From assembly GCA_963713865.1 (NCBI GenBank), contig OY970208.1, positions 2,208,001-2,272,000 on the forward strand: 64,000 nt of DNA, given 5' to 3'. Shown here piece by piece: positions 42,039 through 52,091 of this stretch. Positions within the stretch are counted from its first letter, which is position 1. Every line of letters starts with the position of its first letter. The notes beneath the pieces are model-generated. The model saw only the letters and a list, made by a program, of their open reading frames with translations. It did no database searches and was not told the DNA's origin. The position numbers and the translations under genes were made by a program. This DNA is from an uncultured candidate division Zixibacteria bacterium. GTDB taxonomy: Bacteria; Zixibacteria; MSB-5A5; RBG-16-43-9.

Positions 42039-43775
42039 ATGAAACGGAGAATCTTCTATTCATTCTTATTATTCCTATTTCTAATCTTTTCCAGATTTGC
42101 CTTTGCTCAGGAAAACTACCTTTTCCCCTTAAAAGAGAACCGGGAGCTTTCCTCCATTTTTGCAGACCACAGGGATTTCCATTTCCATTCCGGGATCGAC
42201 ATTAAGACCGGAGAAAAAACCGGTCTGGAGGTTTATGCCAGCAAATCCGGCTGGGTTTACCGCATTTTTGCCTCCTGGTGGGGTTATGGCAAAGCGGTCT
42301 ATTTGAGACACCCGGATGGGAAATTTACCGTTTATGCCCATCTGTCCGACTTTTCCGAAAAGCTAAAAAAAATTGTAACTGAAAAACAGCTCGAGAATAG
42401 AAGATATAGAGTTGATCTCTTTTTAGAGGATTCGATCCGGATCGAACAGGGAGAACTCATCGGATATTCAGGCGAGACTGGCACTGGCGATCCCCATCTT
42501 CATTTTGAAATAAGGGATGAGAATAGTAGACCCTTGAATCCGCTAACTACTGGAATCTCTGTTCAGGATACTATAGCTCCGGTAATGCAGGCTATATTAA
42601 TCAGACCTTTAGACCTGAATTCATCAGGGGACAGTTCCCTGGAAGCTAAAATCTATCCTTTATATTTTGATTCTACTGAAAGGGTTTTCATTTTAAAAGA
42701 AATTCCAATTGTGGAAGGAAAAACAGGGATTGAGCTATCCGTTTATGACCGGATGGTAGAAAAAGGGAGCAAATTCGGGATTTATAAATTAGAGCTCTAT
42801 TTAGATAGCTTACTTGTATTTTCCTCTCATTATGATACCATAGATTTCGAGAATACCTGGAAAGTAGAACTGGACCGGGATTTCGAGCTTTTACAAAAAG
42901 GTGAGGGTGAATTTTACAAACTCTTTATAGATAATGGAAACGATCTGCCTTTATATCACTCATTCAACCGGGGCATTCTTGAATTCTCGAAAGATGGTTT
43001 ACATCAGATAATCATCCAGGCTCAAGATGCTTGTGGTAATTTTTCCAGAGCTAAGCTCTATCTTAGAGTAGCTGATATTTATGCAAAAGCAGCTGTAGAT
43101 ACAAAAGATACAGGCGTCTTCTTTAATCAAAACCAGGGTAAAATCATCGGGAAAAGTGAGGATGACCTGGCAAAAGTGGAGATAGATTCAGGTTCGGTTT
43201 TCAGGAGGATTAACCTACAGGTAGAAAAATTAGAGAAACCGGGAAAGATAACTCAGAAATTGAAAAGTTCTTTATATTCTTTCATGCCACAAACTATACC
43301 CCTGGCTAAGCCAGCTAAAATATCATTAACTTACAAGTGTAAAACTTGCAAACCATGCAAAATCGGTTTATATGAATTCAGGACTTACAGCTTCAAATTC
43401 ATCGGTCAGGAAATCGATACATTAAATAATCGTGTTTCTGGTAAAGTTAGAAATTTATCCACTTACGCACTCTTGGAGGACACAAAGCCACCAGTGATAA
43501 AAAATGTTTACCCGAAATCTGGTCAGATAATAAAAGGGGAAGAGCTTATCATCTCCGCCTGGGTCAAAGATAATCTTTCCGGAATAGGAAGCGATCTGGA
43601 TATAAAAGTTTTTCTGGATGGAGAATGGATAATTCCGGAATACGATCCGGAGAAATTTGTTTTAATCTCAAAGCCTCTTAAAACTTTATCGCCGGGCTGG
43701 CATAAATTGATAATTAAAGCTAAAGACCGGATGGAGAACGAAAAAAAAGTAAAAAGCAAATTCAGGGTAATGTAG
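42039..43775 (+). CDS. M23 family metallopeptidase, exported
   Basis: HSGID, YAHL and PHLHFEIR; signal peptide. Confidence 0.88.
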   Translation: MKRRIFYSFLLFLFLIFSRFAFAQENYLFPLKENRELSSIFADHRDFHFHSGIDIKTGEKTGLEVYASKSGWVYRIFASWWGYGKAVYLRHPDGKFTVYAHLSDFSEKLKKIVTEKQLENRRYRVDLFLEDSIRIEQGELIGYSGETGTGDPHLHFEIRDENSRPLNPLTTGISVQDTIAPVMQAILIRPLDLNSSGDSSLEAKIYPLYFDSTERVFILKEIPIVEGKTGIELSVYDRMVEKGSKFGIYKLELYLDSLLVFSSHYDTIDFENTWKVELDRDFELLQKGEGEFYKLFIDNGNDLPLYHSFNRGILEFSKDGLHQIIIQAQDACGNFSRAKLYLRVADIYAKAAVDTKDTGVFFNQNQGKIIGKSEDDLAKVEIDSGSVFRRINLQVEKLEKPGKITQKLKSSLYSFMPQTIPLAKPAKISLTYKCKTCKPCKIGLYEFRTYSFKFIGQEIDTLNNRVSGKVRNLSTYALLEDTKPPVIKNVYPKSGQIIKGEELIISAWVKDNLSGIGSDLDIKVFLDGEWIIPEYDPEKFVLISKPLKTLSPGWHKLIIKAKDRMENEKKVKSKFRVM

Positions 43776-43820
43776 TCTCATCTTGCCCTCAAGATGGGTA
43801 GATTATGGAGAGAATAATCG

Positions 43821-44489
43821 ATGATACCTTTACGGGATGATATACCCTCGCAAAAAAAACCGATAGTTACTACCTCACTTATTTCAGTTAATGTTCTGGT
43901 ATTTTTCTATCAACTTTCTTTAGGCACAGGGTTTGAGCAATTTGTGTTTAAATATGGAGCTATTCCTTATCAGATTACACACGGGGAAGGGATCACCCCC
44001 TATTCCACCTTCCCTTTTCCTTTAACCCTTTTCACTGCTATGTTTTTGCACGGTGGATTTTTACATATCCTGGGTAATATGCTTTATTTATGGATTTTCG
44101 GAGATAATGTAGAAGATAGATTAGGACATTTCAAATTTTTGGTATTATATCTAATCTCAGGAATAGGAGCCAGCCTTTCTCATATTATTATTTCACCGAG
44201 TTCAACCCTGCCAATGGTAGGGGCATCTGGAGCCATTGCTGGTGTCTTAGGTGCTTATCTGATAGAATTCCCTTATGCCCGGATATCAACCCTCATTTTC
44301 TTTGGATTTTTTGTCAGGTTAATAAGAATCCCGGCATTTTTTGTCCTGGGATTCTGGTTTATACTTCAGCTAGTCTATGCTCTTCCCTCCTTAGGTGCTC
44401 CGAGCGGAGGAGGAGTAGCCTGGTTTGCCCATATCGGAGGATTTCTGATTGGCATTTTTTTGTCGATAATCTTAAAAAGATTACCTTAG
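43821..44489 (+). CDS. Rhomboid intramembrane serine protease
   Basis: FLHGGFLHILGNM, GASGAIAG and AHIGGF. Confidence 0.93.
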   Translation: MIPLRDDIPSQKKPIVTTSLISVNVLVFFYQLSLGTGFEQFVFKYGAIPYQITHGEGITPYSTFPFPLTLFTAMFLHGGFLHILGNMLYLWIFGDNVEDRLGHFKFLVLYLISGIGASLSHIIISPSSTLPMVGASGAIAGVLGAYLIEFPYARISTLIFFGFFVRLIRIPAFFVLGFWFILQLVYALPSLGAPSGGGVAWFAHIGGFLIGIFLSIILKRLP

Positions 44490-44551
44490 AACTGTAACAA
44501 CAGTAATGATTTTCCGAACAGACAAAAAGACTGGACTTCACTTTTAAAGAT

Positions 44552-44866
44552 ATGCGTTCAGCATCTATACAAAATCCCGAAAAACCCAGATGTGATTTCT
44601 GCGGTAAAAGGTTTAAAAAAGGAGGAACCAGATACCGGCTTAGATTAGAGCTTTTCGCAGATTTCGATGGTTATCTGGAGGATTTTTCTGAAAAGCTGGA
44701 AAACTATCTAAAAGAAAAAATTGAAAAAATACTGAAACAAACTGAAGATAAAACCGAAAAGGAATTAGAGGAAGAGATTTATTTAAGAAAAAATGCTTTA
44801 CTGTGCATAAGTTGCAGAGACGAATTCTTGAAAAGTATAGAAACCTTTGAGAAGGATCAAAAGTAA
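44552..44866 (+). CDS. Hypothetical protein with two CxxC motifs (probable zinc ribbon)
   Basis: CDFCG and CISCR flanking a charged helix. Confidence 0.65.
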   Translation: MRSASIQNPEKPRCDFCGKRFKKGGTRYRLRLELFADFDGYLEDFSEKLENYLKEKIEKILKQTEDKTEKELEEEIYLRKNALLCISCRDEFLKSIETFEKDQK

Positions 44867-45142
44867 AATTCGTAGGAGCATATTGCAATATGCCCCTACT
44901 TTTTTATGTAAGGGAAGTAAGGACTCATCCACAAAGTATGCATTGCATTCTTTCTTTTTGTCATTCTGAGACCTTAGGTCGAAGAATCTAATCAGAATGT
45001 TATTTGCTTATGAGGAGAAAAGATATGTATTTTATGCTATATATCCTTAAAAACCTCTTGCCAATTACAACCTACAAATTATATTAGTTTTCGTATATGT
45101 ATGTAGTTTTTAAAGAGACTAAAAACAAGGAGAGAAATTCTT

Positions 45143-46939
45143 ATGATGAAAACAATGCGCAAGATGACCCGCTCTATCCTCTGGATAGTCATCGCCGCTT
45201 TTGTGGGGACTATCGTTTTCGCCTGGGGAATGCAGTTCACTTCCAGAGGATCAAAACAGGGGGTCATCGCCATAGTAAATGGTAAGGATATACCTGTCCA
45301 GTCCTTCCAGTACTTATATGAGAACAAGTTAAAAGAAGCAGAGAAAAAGGAAGCAGAAGTAACTGATCAGGTTGCCAAGAACTTAAGAGATCAAACCTGG
45401 ACTGAGTTGGTGGACCAGACCCTCCTTTCCCAGGAAGTAAAGAAAAGGGATATAGTCGTTACTAATAAGGAACTTTATGAGTTTATGAAAAGATTCCCTC
45501 CCAGGGAGATAATGGAAAGTGAAGTTTTTCAAACCAATGGTCAATTCGATTATAATAAATATAGACAGGCTTTAGCTGACCAGCGGATTCCCTGGGGACA
45601 GATTGAGGATTATGTCCGGAGTCAGCTTCTAACAGCCAAATTGCAGGAAACCATCATCGGTGCAGTCCGCATCAATGACCAGGAAGTTTACAGAAAGTAT
45701 GTGGATGATACTCAGAAAGCCAGGGTAAATTATATCTTCATCCCTGCAAAAGAATTTTCAACCTCGGAGATACAGATCAGCCCGGCCGAGATTGAGAGAT
45801 ATTTTAAAGAGAACTCGGATAAATTCAAAATGGAAGAAAGGACAGCCATAAGGTTTGTAGTTCTTCCTAAAAACCCTTCCAAGGATGATGAAGAGAAAAC
45901 CAGAGCTAGAATTTTGGAGATCCGGGACCTGATTACCCGGGGGGATGATTTTGCAGAGATGGCTAAGGAATATTCAGAAGATCCAACCACCAGAAAAAAT
46001 GGAGGGGATTTGGGCTGGTTGAAAAAAGGAACAACTCAAAAACCCTTTGACGAAGCTCTCTTTACCTTAAAACCGGGTGAGATTTCCGAACCGGTAAAAA
46101 CTGAGCAAGGCTGGCATCTGATAAAAGTTTTAGAAAAAAAGAAAACCAAAGGAGAAGAGGAATATCACGCCAGCCATATTCTTTTAAAAATCGAGCCCTC
46201 AGAAGAAACTCTTAACAAAATAAAAAACCAGATAGATGAATTCGTATTAAAAGCCAGAAAGATAGGTTTCGATATAGCGGCATCGGATGAAAAGCTTCCT
46301 GTTAAGGAAAGCGGACTATTTGTTAAAGGAAGTTTCATATCCCAATTAGGCTTATCCGAAGAGGTAAACCAGTTCGTTTTCGAAAATAAGCCTGGCAAGA
46401 TCAGCGATCCAATAGAATCCCAGTTCTCATACTACGTAGTTCAAATAAAGGAGAGGAAACCTGCGGGCATACCTTCGCTCTCGGAAGCAGAACCACTGGT
46501 TAAAAACGAGCTTTTAAATCAGAAACTTGAAGAATTAGCTTATCAGAAAGGTATGCGGATCTATGAGGAAATAAGAAAAGGTAAAGATTTCAAAAAGGTG
46601 GCTGAAGAGTCTAAGGAAAAAGTTATGGACAGCGGAGAGTTCACGCGAAACTCTTCTATCCCAGGAATAGGACGCGAACCGGAATTCAACGGCTCTGCTT
46701 TCGCACTAAGTCAAAATCAAGTCAGCTCGCCAGTTAAAACAACCCAGGGTGCCTATCTCCTACAACTGGTTTCTAAATCTACAGTAATTGATAGCACTTT
46801 CCAAGTCCACAGCGATTCGCTCAAACTCGAATTGCTCCGCAAAAAGCAGTCTGATTTCTATACCCAGTGGTTTGAGAACTTAAAAAAGAGCGTTAAGATA
46901 GAGGATTTTCGCAACCAGTATTATAAAGAAACCTTTTAA
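45143..46939 (+). CDS. PpiD/SurA-like membrane-anchored chaperone/PPIase
   Basis: N-terminal TM, SurA_N-like region and parvulin domain GGDLGW...TEQGWHLIK. Confidence 0.88.
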   Translation: MMKTMRKMTRSILWIVIAAFVGTIVFAWGMQFTSRGSKQGVIAIVNGKDIPVQSFQYLYENKLKEAEKKEAEVTDQVAKNLRDQTWTELVDQTLLSQEVKKRDIVVTNKELYEFMKRFPPREIMESEVFQTNGQFDYNKYRQALADQRIPWGQIEDYVRSQLLTAKLQETIIGAVRINDQEVYRKYVDDTQKARVNYIFIPAKEFSTSEIQISPAEIERYFKENSDKFKMEERTAIRFVVLPKNPSKDDEEKTRARILEIRDLITRGDDFAEMAKEYSEDPTTRKNGGDLGWLKKGTTQKPFDEALFTLKPGEISEPVKTEQGWHLIKVLEKKKTKGEEEYHASHILLKIEPSEETLNKIKNQIDEFVLKARKIGFDIAASDEKLPVKESGLFVKGSFISQLGLSEEVNQFVFENKPGKISDPIESQFSYYVVQIKERKPAGIPSLSEAEPLVKNELLNQKLEELAYQKGMRIYEEIRKGKDFKKVAEESKEKVMDSGEFTRNSSIPGIGREPEFNGSAFALSQNQVSSPVKTTQGAYLLQLVSKSTVIDSTFQVHSDSLKLELLRKKQSDFYTQWFENLKKSVKIEDFRNQYYKETF

Positions 46940-47133
46940 GATTTTGTAGGGACACGGCATGCCGTGCCCCTACCATTCCTGCTCCAATTTTAGCACAGTT
47001 GTCATTTTGATGAAGAGTAGCAACCGAAGGAGGCAGTCGCAATCTTCAGATTGCGGATGGATAGCATCTTAATACAGACATAAAGTCTGCAGCTACCAAG
47101 ATAACAGATGATTGGGAAGACCATCATTAATGG

Positions 47134-47216
47134 AACTCACCCTGTATCCCTCTCTTAGAAAAAGAGGGACTTTTAAACCCCTTCTCTTCTTAAGAGAAGG
47201 GGATAGGGGATGAGTT
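47134..47216. mobile_element. MITE-like palindromic element, left copy
   Basis: AACTCA...TGAGTT termini and two internal hairpins (ccctctctt/aagaggg, ccccttctctt/aagagaagggg). Preceded by TAATGG. Confidence 0.65.
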
Positions 47217-47238
47217 CGAAAACTGAGCTTAAAACACT

Positions 47239-49452
47239 ATGATTGGCAAAACGATTTCACATTATAAAATTCTCGAAAAGCTTGGTGAAGGTGGAATGGG
47301 GGTAGTGTATAAAGCCCAGGACACCAAGTTAGACAGGATTGTAGCTTTGAAGTTTCTGCCAAAGCATCTTTTATGTGATGGTGAAGCCAAGACCAGATTT
47401 GAGCATGAAGCCAAAACCGCCTCTGCCTTAGATCATCCAAATATTGCTACCATTTATGAAATTGATGAATTCGAAGGGGAATGTTTTATCTCTATGGCTT
47501 ATGTTGAGGGGAAATCACTCAAAAAGCTTCTGGAAGAAAAAACTTTCTCTGTAAAGGAAGTCGTGGATATAGCAATTCAGATATGTGAGGGATTGGCAAT
47601 TGCGCACGAGAAGGGAATTATTCATCGGGATATAAAATCTGACAATATAATGCTTACCTCCAGAGGCCAGGTAAAGATAATGGATTTTGGTCTGGCAAAG
47701 CTCAGAGGAGTTTCAAAAGTTACTAAGACCGGCTCAACCTTAGGCACCCTTGCCTATATGACCCCGGAGCAAGTTCAAGGGATAGAAGTTGACCAGAGGT
47801 CAGATATTTTCTCATTTGGGGTGGTTTTATATGAGATGATAACCGGACAACTTCCCTTTAAAGGTGAACATGAAGTGGCTATAATCTATTCGATTTTGAA
47901 CGAGATACCTGAACCACTGGCGAGGTATAAAGCCGGTGTTCCTGAAGGATTGCAGATGGTTGTTAATAAAACATTGGAGAAGAACCGGGATGAACGTTAT
48001 CAGCATGTAGATGATTTTCAGACTGATTTGAAAAAAATTGTAAAAGAAGTGAAATCAGATTTAACAAAGCAACCACCTTCAATAGCTGTGCTCCCATTTA
48101 CCAATTTGAGTGCGGACAAGGAGCAGGAATATTTCTGTGACGGTATGGCAGAGGAGATTATAAATGTTTTAACCCAGGTTGAAGGTTTGCGCGTGGTCGC
48201 TCGAACCTCAGCTTTTGCATTCAAGGATAAACATGAGGATGTTCGCGAGATTGGTAGAAAACTGAACGTGGAAACTCTGCTCGAGGGGAGTGTCCGAAAA
48301 TCAGGGAAGCGCTTACGTATCACAGCACAGCTCGTAAATGTCTCAGACGGTTACCATCTGTGGTCTGAGAGATACGACCGTGACATTGAGGATATTTTCT
48401 CCATTCAAGATGACATCTCTCTATCCATAGTAAGTCAGCTGAAAGGTAAGCTCCTCGGGAAGGAACGAGCAGCAATCGCAGGACGGCACACAAGGGACGT
48501 CGAAGCATATAACTCCTACTTGCAGGGGCGTTACTTCTGGAACAAGAGGACAGAGGTTGGATTTCAGAAAGGTTTGGAGTACTTCCGGCAGGCGATTGAG
48601 AGGGATCCTACCTATGCTTTAGCCTACGCAGGGATAGCTGACTGCTTCAATCTACTCGGGTGGTATTGTGTTATTTCATCTAAGGAGGCTTTTCCAAGTG
48701 CAAAATCTGCAGCAGAGAGGGCGCTGGAAATCGATGAGGACCTTTCTGAGGCCCTAACCTCGCTCGCATTTGCAACAATGCTCTATGATTGGCGTTGGGA
48801 AGAGGCTGAGAGGGAGTTTAAGCGAGCCATTGAGCTCAATCCTGGGTATGCTACGGCTCACCATTGGTATGCCGAGTACCTAGCAAGTATGGGACGAATG
48901 GATGAAGCCATGATGGAAGCCAAACGAGCCCTCGAATTCGATCCGCTCTCTGTCGTCATGAGAGCTTTATCTGGATTGGCCCTCTATTTCTCGCTTCAGT
49001 ATGATGAAGCGGTGAAACAATGCAAGAGGATCCTTGATATGGACCCGAACTTCGTCCCTGCGCATTTATTCCTAGGTCTGACCTATACGAAGAAGTCCAT
49101 GTTTGACGAAGCTATCTCGGAATTTCAGAGTGCCATTGCACTATTCGGCCGCAGTAGCCTGATGCTGGGTGCACTAGGACATGCATATGCTGCATCTGGA
49201 AAGCAGGAGGAAGCACGGAAGCTTCTCAATGAGCTGAAGCAAATGTCGGAGCCGATGTGTGTCCCTTGGTACTACATAGCAGCAATGTATTCTGACCTTG
49301 GAGAGAACGACGAAGCATTTGAATGGTTGACGAGAGCTTATAAGGAGCATGATGCTTGGTTAGTTTTCCTCAAAGTAGACCCAATTTGGCAAACTCTACG
49401 CGCTGATCCGAGATACATTGCTTTGCTGAAAAAAATGGGGTTAGAGAAATGA
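47239..49452 (+). CDS. Hanks-type Ser/Thr protein kinase with TolB-N-like and TPR domains
   Basis: GEGGMGVVYKA, VALK, HRDIKSDN, DFG and YMTPE; SIAVLPFTNLS; TPR repeats. Confidence 0.93.
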   Translation: MIGKTISHYKILEKLGEGGMGVVYKAQDTKLDRIVALKFLPKHLLCDGEAKTRFEHEAKTASALDHPNIATIYEIDEFEGECFISMAYVEGKSLKKLLEEKTFSVKEVVDIAIQICEGLAIAHEKGIIHRDIKSDNIMLTSRGQVKIMDFGLAKLRGVSKVTKTGSTLGTLAYMTPEQVQGIEVDQRSDIFSFGVVLYEMITGQLPFKGEHEVAIIYSILNEIPEPLARYKAGVPEGLQMVVNKTLEKNRDERYQHVDDFQTDLKKIVKEVKSDLTKQPPSIAVLPFTNLSADKEQEYFCDGMAEEIINVLTQVEGLRVVARTSAFAFKDKHEDVREIGRKLNVETLLEGSVRKSGKRLRITAQLVNVSDGYHLWSERYDRDIEDIFSIQDDISLSIVSQLKGKLLGKERAAIAGRHTRDVEAYNSYLQGRYFWNKRTEVGFQKGLEYFRQAIERDPTYALAYAGIADCFNLLGWYCVISSKEAFPSAKSAAERALEIDEDLSEALTSLAFATMLYDWRWEEAEREFKRAIELNPGYATAHHWYAEYLASMGRMDEAMMEAKRALEFDPLSVVMRALSGLALYFSLQYDEAVKQCKRILDMDPNFVPAHLFLGLTYTKKSMFDEAISEFQSAIALFGRSSLMLGALGHAYAASGKQEEARKLLNELKQMSEPMCVPWYYIAAMYSDLGENDEAFEWLTRAYKEHDAWLVFLKVDPIWQTLRADPRYIALLKKMGLEK

Positions 49453-51932
49453 TTGGTAAGATAATCTCCCATTATAAAATACTCGAGAAACTTGGCGAGG
49501 GGGGGATGGGGGTGGTCTATAAAGCCCAGGACACCCAGCTACAACGACCCGTGGCGTTGAAGTTTTTACCTCCCCATATCGCTGACAGTTCCCAGGAAAA
49601 AGCCCGCTTTATTCAGGAGGCACAATCTGCTTCTGCCTTAAATCATCCTAATGTTACTACTATTCATGGAATAGAAGAAAGCCCTGAAGGGTTATTCATA
49701 GCTATGGAATATGTGGAGGGGAAGACTTTGAAGCAGATAGTAGAGGAAGAAACGCTTTCTGTAAAAAAGGTTTTAGATATCGGAATTCAGGTATGTGAAG
49801 GCTTAGCCATAGCTCATGAGAAGGGGATAATACACAGGGATATTAAATCTGATAATATAATGCTTACTCTAAGAGGCCAGGTGAAGATAATGGACTTTGG
49901 TCTGGCGAAACTGAGAGGAGCGACCAAGTTGACCCAGACTGGCTCAACTTTGGGGACCCTCGCCTATATGTCTCCAGAACAAGCTCAGGGCGAAGAAGTA
50001 GATCAGAGAAGCGACATTTTCTCTTTCGGAGTGGTTTTATATGAGCTTTTGACCGGGAAATTGCCTTTTGTAGGTGAGCATCAGGCTGCGATAATATACT
50101 CTATCATTAACGAAGATCCTCAGCCAATAGCTCGTTTCAATAATCAGGTTTCAGCCAAGTTAGAGGATATGGTTTTAAAGGCATTGGCAAAAGAGAGAGA
50201 GGAAAGGTATCAACATATAGACGATTTATTGGCGGATTTGAGAAGAGAAAAGAAGAGTTTAGAATATGTGAAAACATCCGTAGCAACAAAGCCTACTGAA
50301 TCTCCCAAGCCAGCCATAGCAGTGTTGTATTTACAAAATCTCTCTGAAAATAAAGATGATGCATATTTTGCCGCTGGGATGACCGAAGATATTATTACTC
50401 AACTTTCAAAAATAGGGGGATTGCTGGTCACTTCAAGAAGTGATGTGGAGCAGTTTAAAAATAAGCCAGTGAGCCTCAAAGAAGTAGCTGATAGATTAAG
50501 AGTAAGTTATGTAATGGAAGGTTCAGTGCGCAAATATGGAAATAAAATCAGAATCACCTGCCAGTTGATTAAGGCCAGTGATGGCTTTCATGTCTGGGCA
50601 GAAAGCTATGATAAGCAGATGGAGGATTTGTTTGCCATCCAGGCAGACGTGGCTAAAGAGGTTGCTCAAGCATTGAAGGTTACCCTTGCTCCACCAGAAG
50701 TAGCGATGATTGAAAAGAAGCCTACCCTGAATGTGCAGGCTTATAACTATTACCTGCAGGGTCGGGAATACTATTTAGGAGGAGGAGCTTCCACTAAAGA
50801 ATGCCTGGAACTGGCAACCAAAATGTTTGAGAAAGCTCTGGAAGCCGACTCGAATTTTGCTTTAGCTTATGCAGGGTTATCAAACTGTTATTCTTCTTAT
50901 GTGATGTTCAATGTCGACCCTAAGAAATCCTGGTTAGAAAAAGCTCGAAGCACCAGCTTGAAAGCCCTTGCCTTAGACCCCAGTTTAGTCGAGACTCATT
51001 ACTCCCTCTCCAGATTATATTGGACAGAGGGGAAAACAGACAAGGCTATACAAGAGGCAGAAGAAGCAGTCAAAGCCAATCCTAATTACGGAGAAGCTTG
51101 GAGGCTACTAGGAGCGTGGTGTAGAATTAACGGTCAATATGCCAAAGCTGAAAGCGCTTTAATGAGAGCATTGGAGATGAACCCTACTGATCCCCAATTA
51201 TTTAGCTCTATTATATTATTATATTCACTCTGTGGTAAGGAAGAGAAGGTAGAGGAATATTTTAACAAGGGATTGGAGATTCAACCTCACAATTGGCGTC
51301 TATACGATACAATGAGTACTTATTATATTGGTAGGGGTAGGTTGGAGGAAGCCAAAACAATGGCTCATAAATCTTTGAATATTAACCCGCGAAATACTGA
51401 TGCTCAATGGGCTTTAATGCAAATATCTTTGATGTTAGGAGAAGTCGACAGTGCTTTTCATTATATAAATGAATACCATCGGCAAAATCCAAATGGGGAG
51501 TTGTTTGTAGAGTTGGTTTACTTGGAGCTGATAAGAGGAAACAAAGATAAGGCGAAAACCTATCTGGACTCCTGCATCCAGTTCAATCAACCTTTAATTA
51601 AAGAATCAGATGGCCTACCCAATGAATATTACTATAGTTCAAGAATAGCCTTAGCTTATGCACTTATGGAAGAACATAAAGAAGCCTTGGAGCAAGCGGA
51701 AAGCGTGAGGAAAAGTTTAGGGGAATCGCTGCTAAGCGTGAAATGGGCTATGGGCAGGGGGATTGTTCCATACCTCAGTTTCGTTTATTCGCTCACAGGA
51801 CAAAAAGAAGAGGCAGTGCGTATGCTGGGATATTTGGTAAAAATAAATATGGTCACTCCCCCTTACATAAAATTGCACCCATGGTACAAAAATTTAGCTG
51901 GTTATCCTGCGTTTGAGGAATTGATAAAATAA
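49449..51932 (+). CDS. Hanks-type Ser/Thr protein kinase with TolB-N-like and TPR domains (paralogue)
   Basis: Same kinase motifs with YMSPE; AIAVLYLQNLS; TPRs; ATGA overlap with the upstream kinase. Confidence 0.93.
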   Translation: MIGKIISHYKILEKLGEGGMGVVYKAQDTQLQRPVALKFLPPHIADSSQEKARFIQEAQSASALNHPNVTTIHGIEESPEGLFIAMEYVEGKTLKQIVEEETLSVKKVLDIGIQVCEGLAIAHEKGIIHRDIKSDNIMLTLRGQVKIMDFGLAKLRGATKLTQTGSTLGTLAYMSPEQAQGEEVDQRSDIFSFGVVLYELLTGKLPFVGEHQAAIIYSIINEDPQPIARFNNQVSAKLEDMVLKALAKEREERYQHIDDLLADLRREKKSLEYVKTSVATKPTESPKPAIAVLYLQNLSENKDDAYFAAGMTEDIITQLSKIGGLLVTSRSDVEQFKNKPVSLKEVADRLRVSYVMEGSVRKYGNKIRITCQLIKASDGFHVWAESYDKQMEDLFAIQADVAKEVAQALKVTLAPPEVAMIEKKPTLNVQAYNYYLQGREYYLGGGASTKECLELATKMFEKALEADSNFALAYAGLSNCYSSYVMFNVDPKKSWLEKARSTSLKALALDPSLVETHYSLSRLYWTEGKTDKAIQEAEEAVKANPNYGEAWRLLGAWCRINGQYAKAESALMRALEMNPTDPQLFSSIILLYSLCGKEEKVEEYFNKGLEIQPHNWRLYDTMSTYYIGRGRLEEAKTMAHKSLNINPRNTDAQWALMQISLMLGEVDSAFHYINEYHRQNPNGELFVELVYLELIRGNKDKAKTYLDSCIQFNQPLIKESDGLPNEYYYSSRIALAYALMEEHKEALEQAESVRKSLGESLLSVKWAMGRGIVPYLSFVYSLTGQKEEAVRMLGYLVKINMVTPPYIKLHPWYKNLAGYPAFEELIK

Positions 51933-52014
51933 CTCACCCTAAGTCCCTCTCTTAAAAAAGAGAGGGACTTACCCACCCCTTCTCTTAGTAAGAGAAGGGG
52001 TCAGGGGATGAGTT
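51931..52014. mobile_element. MITE-like palindromic element, right copy (same orientation)
   Basis: aactcaccct...ggggatgagtt, followed directly by TAATGG. Confidence 0.65.
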
Positions 52015-52091
52015 TAATGGCGCCCGTAGGGCACGGCGACTATCAAGGATAAAGAATAATTTGTAGGGGTGGGGTAACCCCACCCCTACAG

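Noticed and set aside
5591-52090. CRISPR array or tRNA/rRNA genes among the palindromes
   Set aside because: The repeats are dispersed and variable, without regular spacers or cas genes. No cloverleaf or rRNA signatures were seen.
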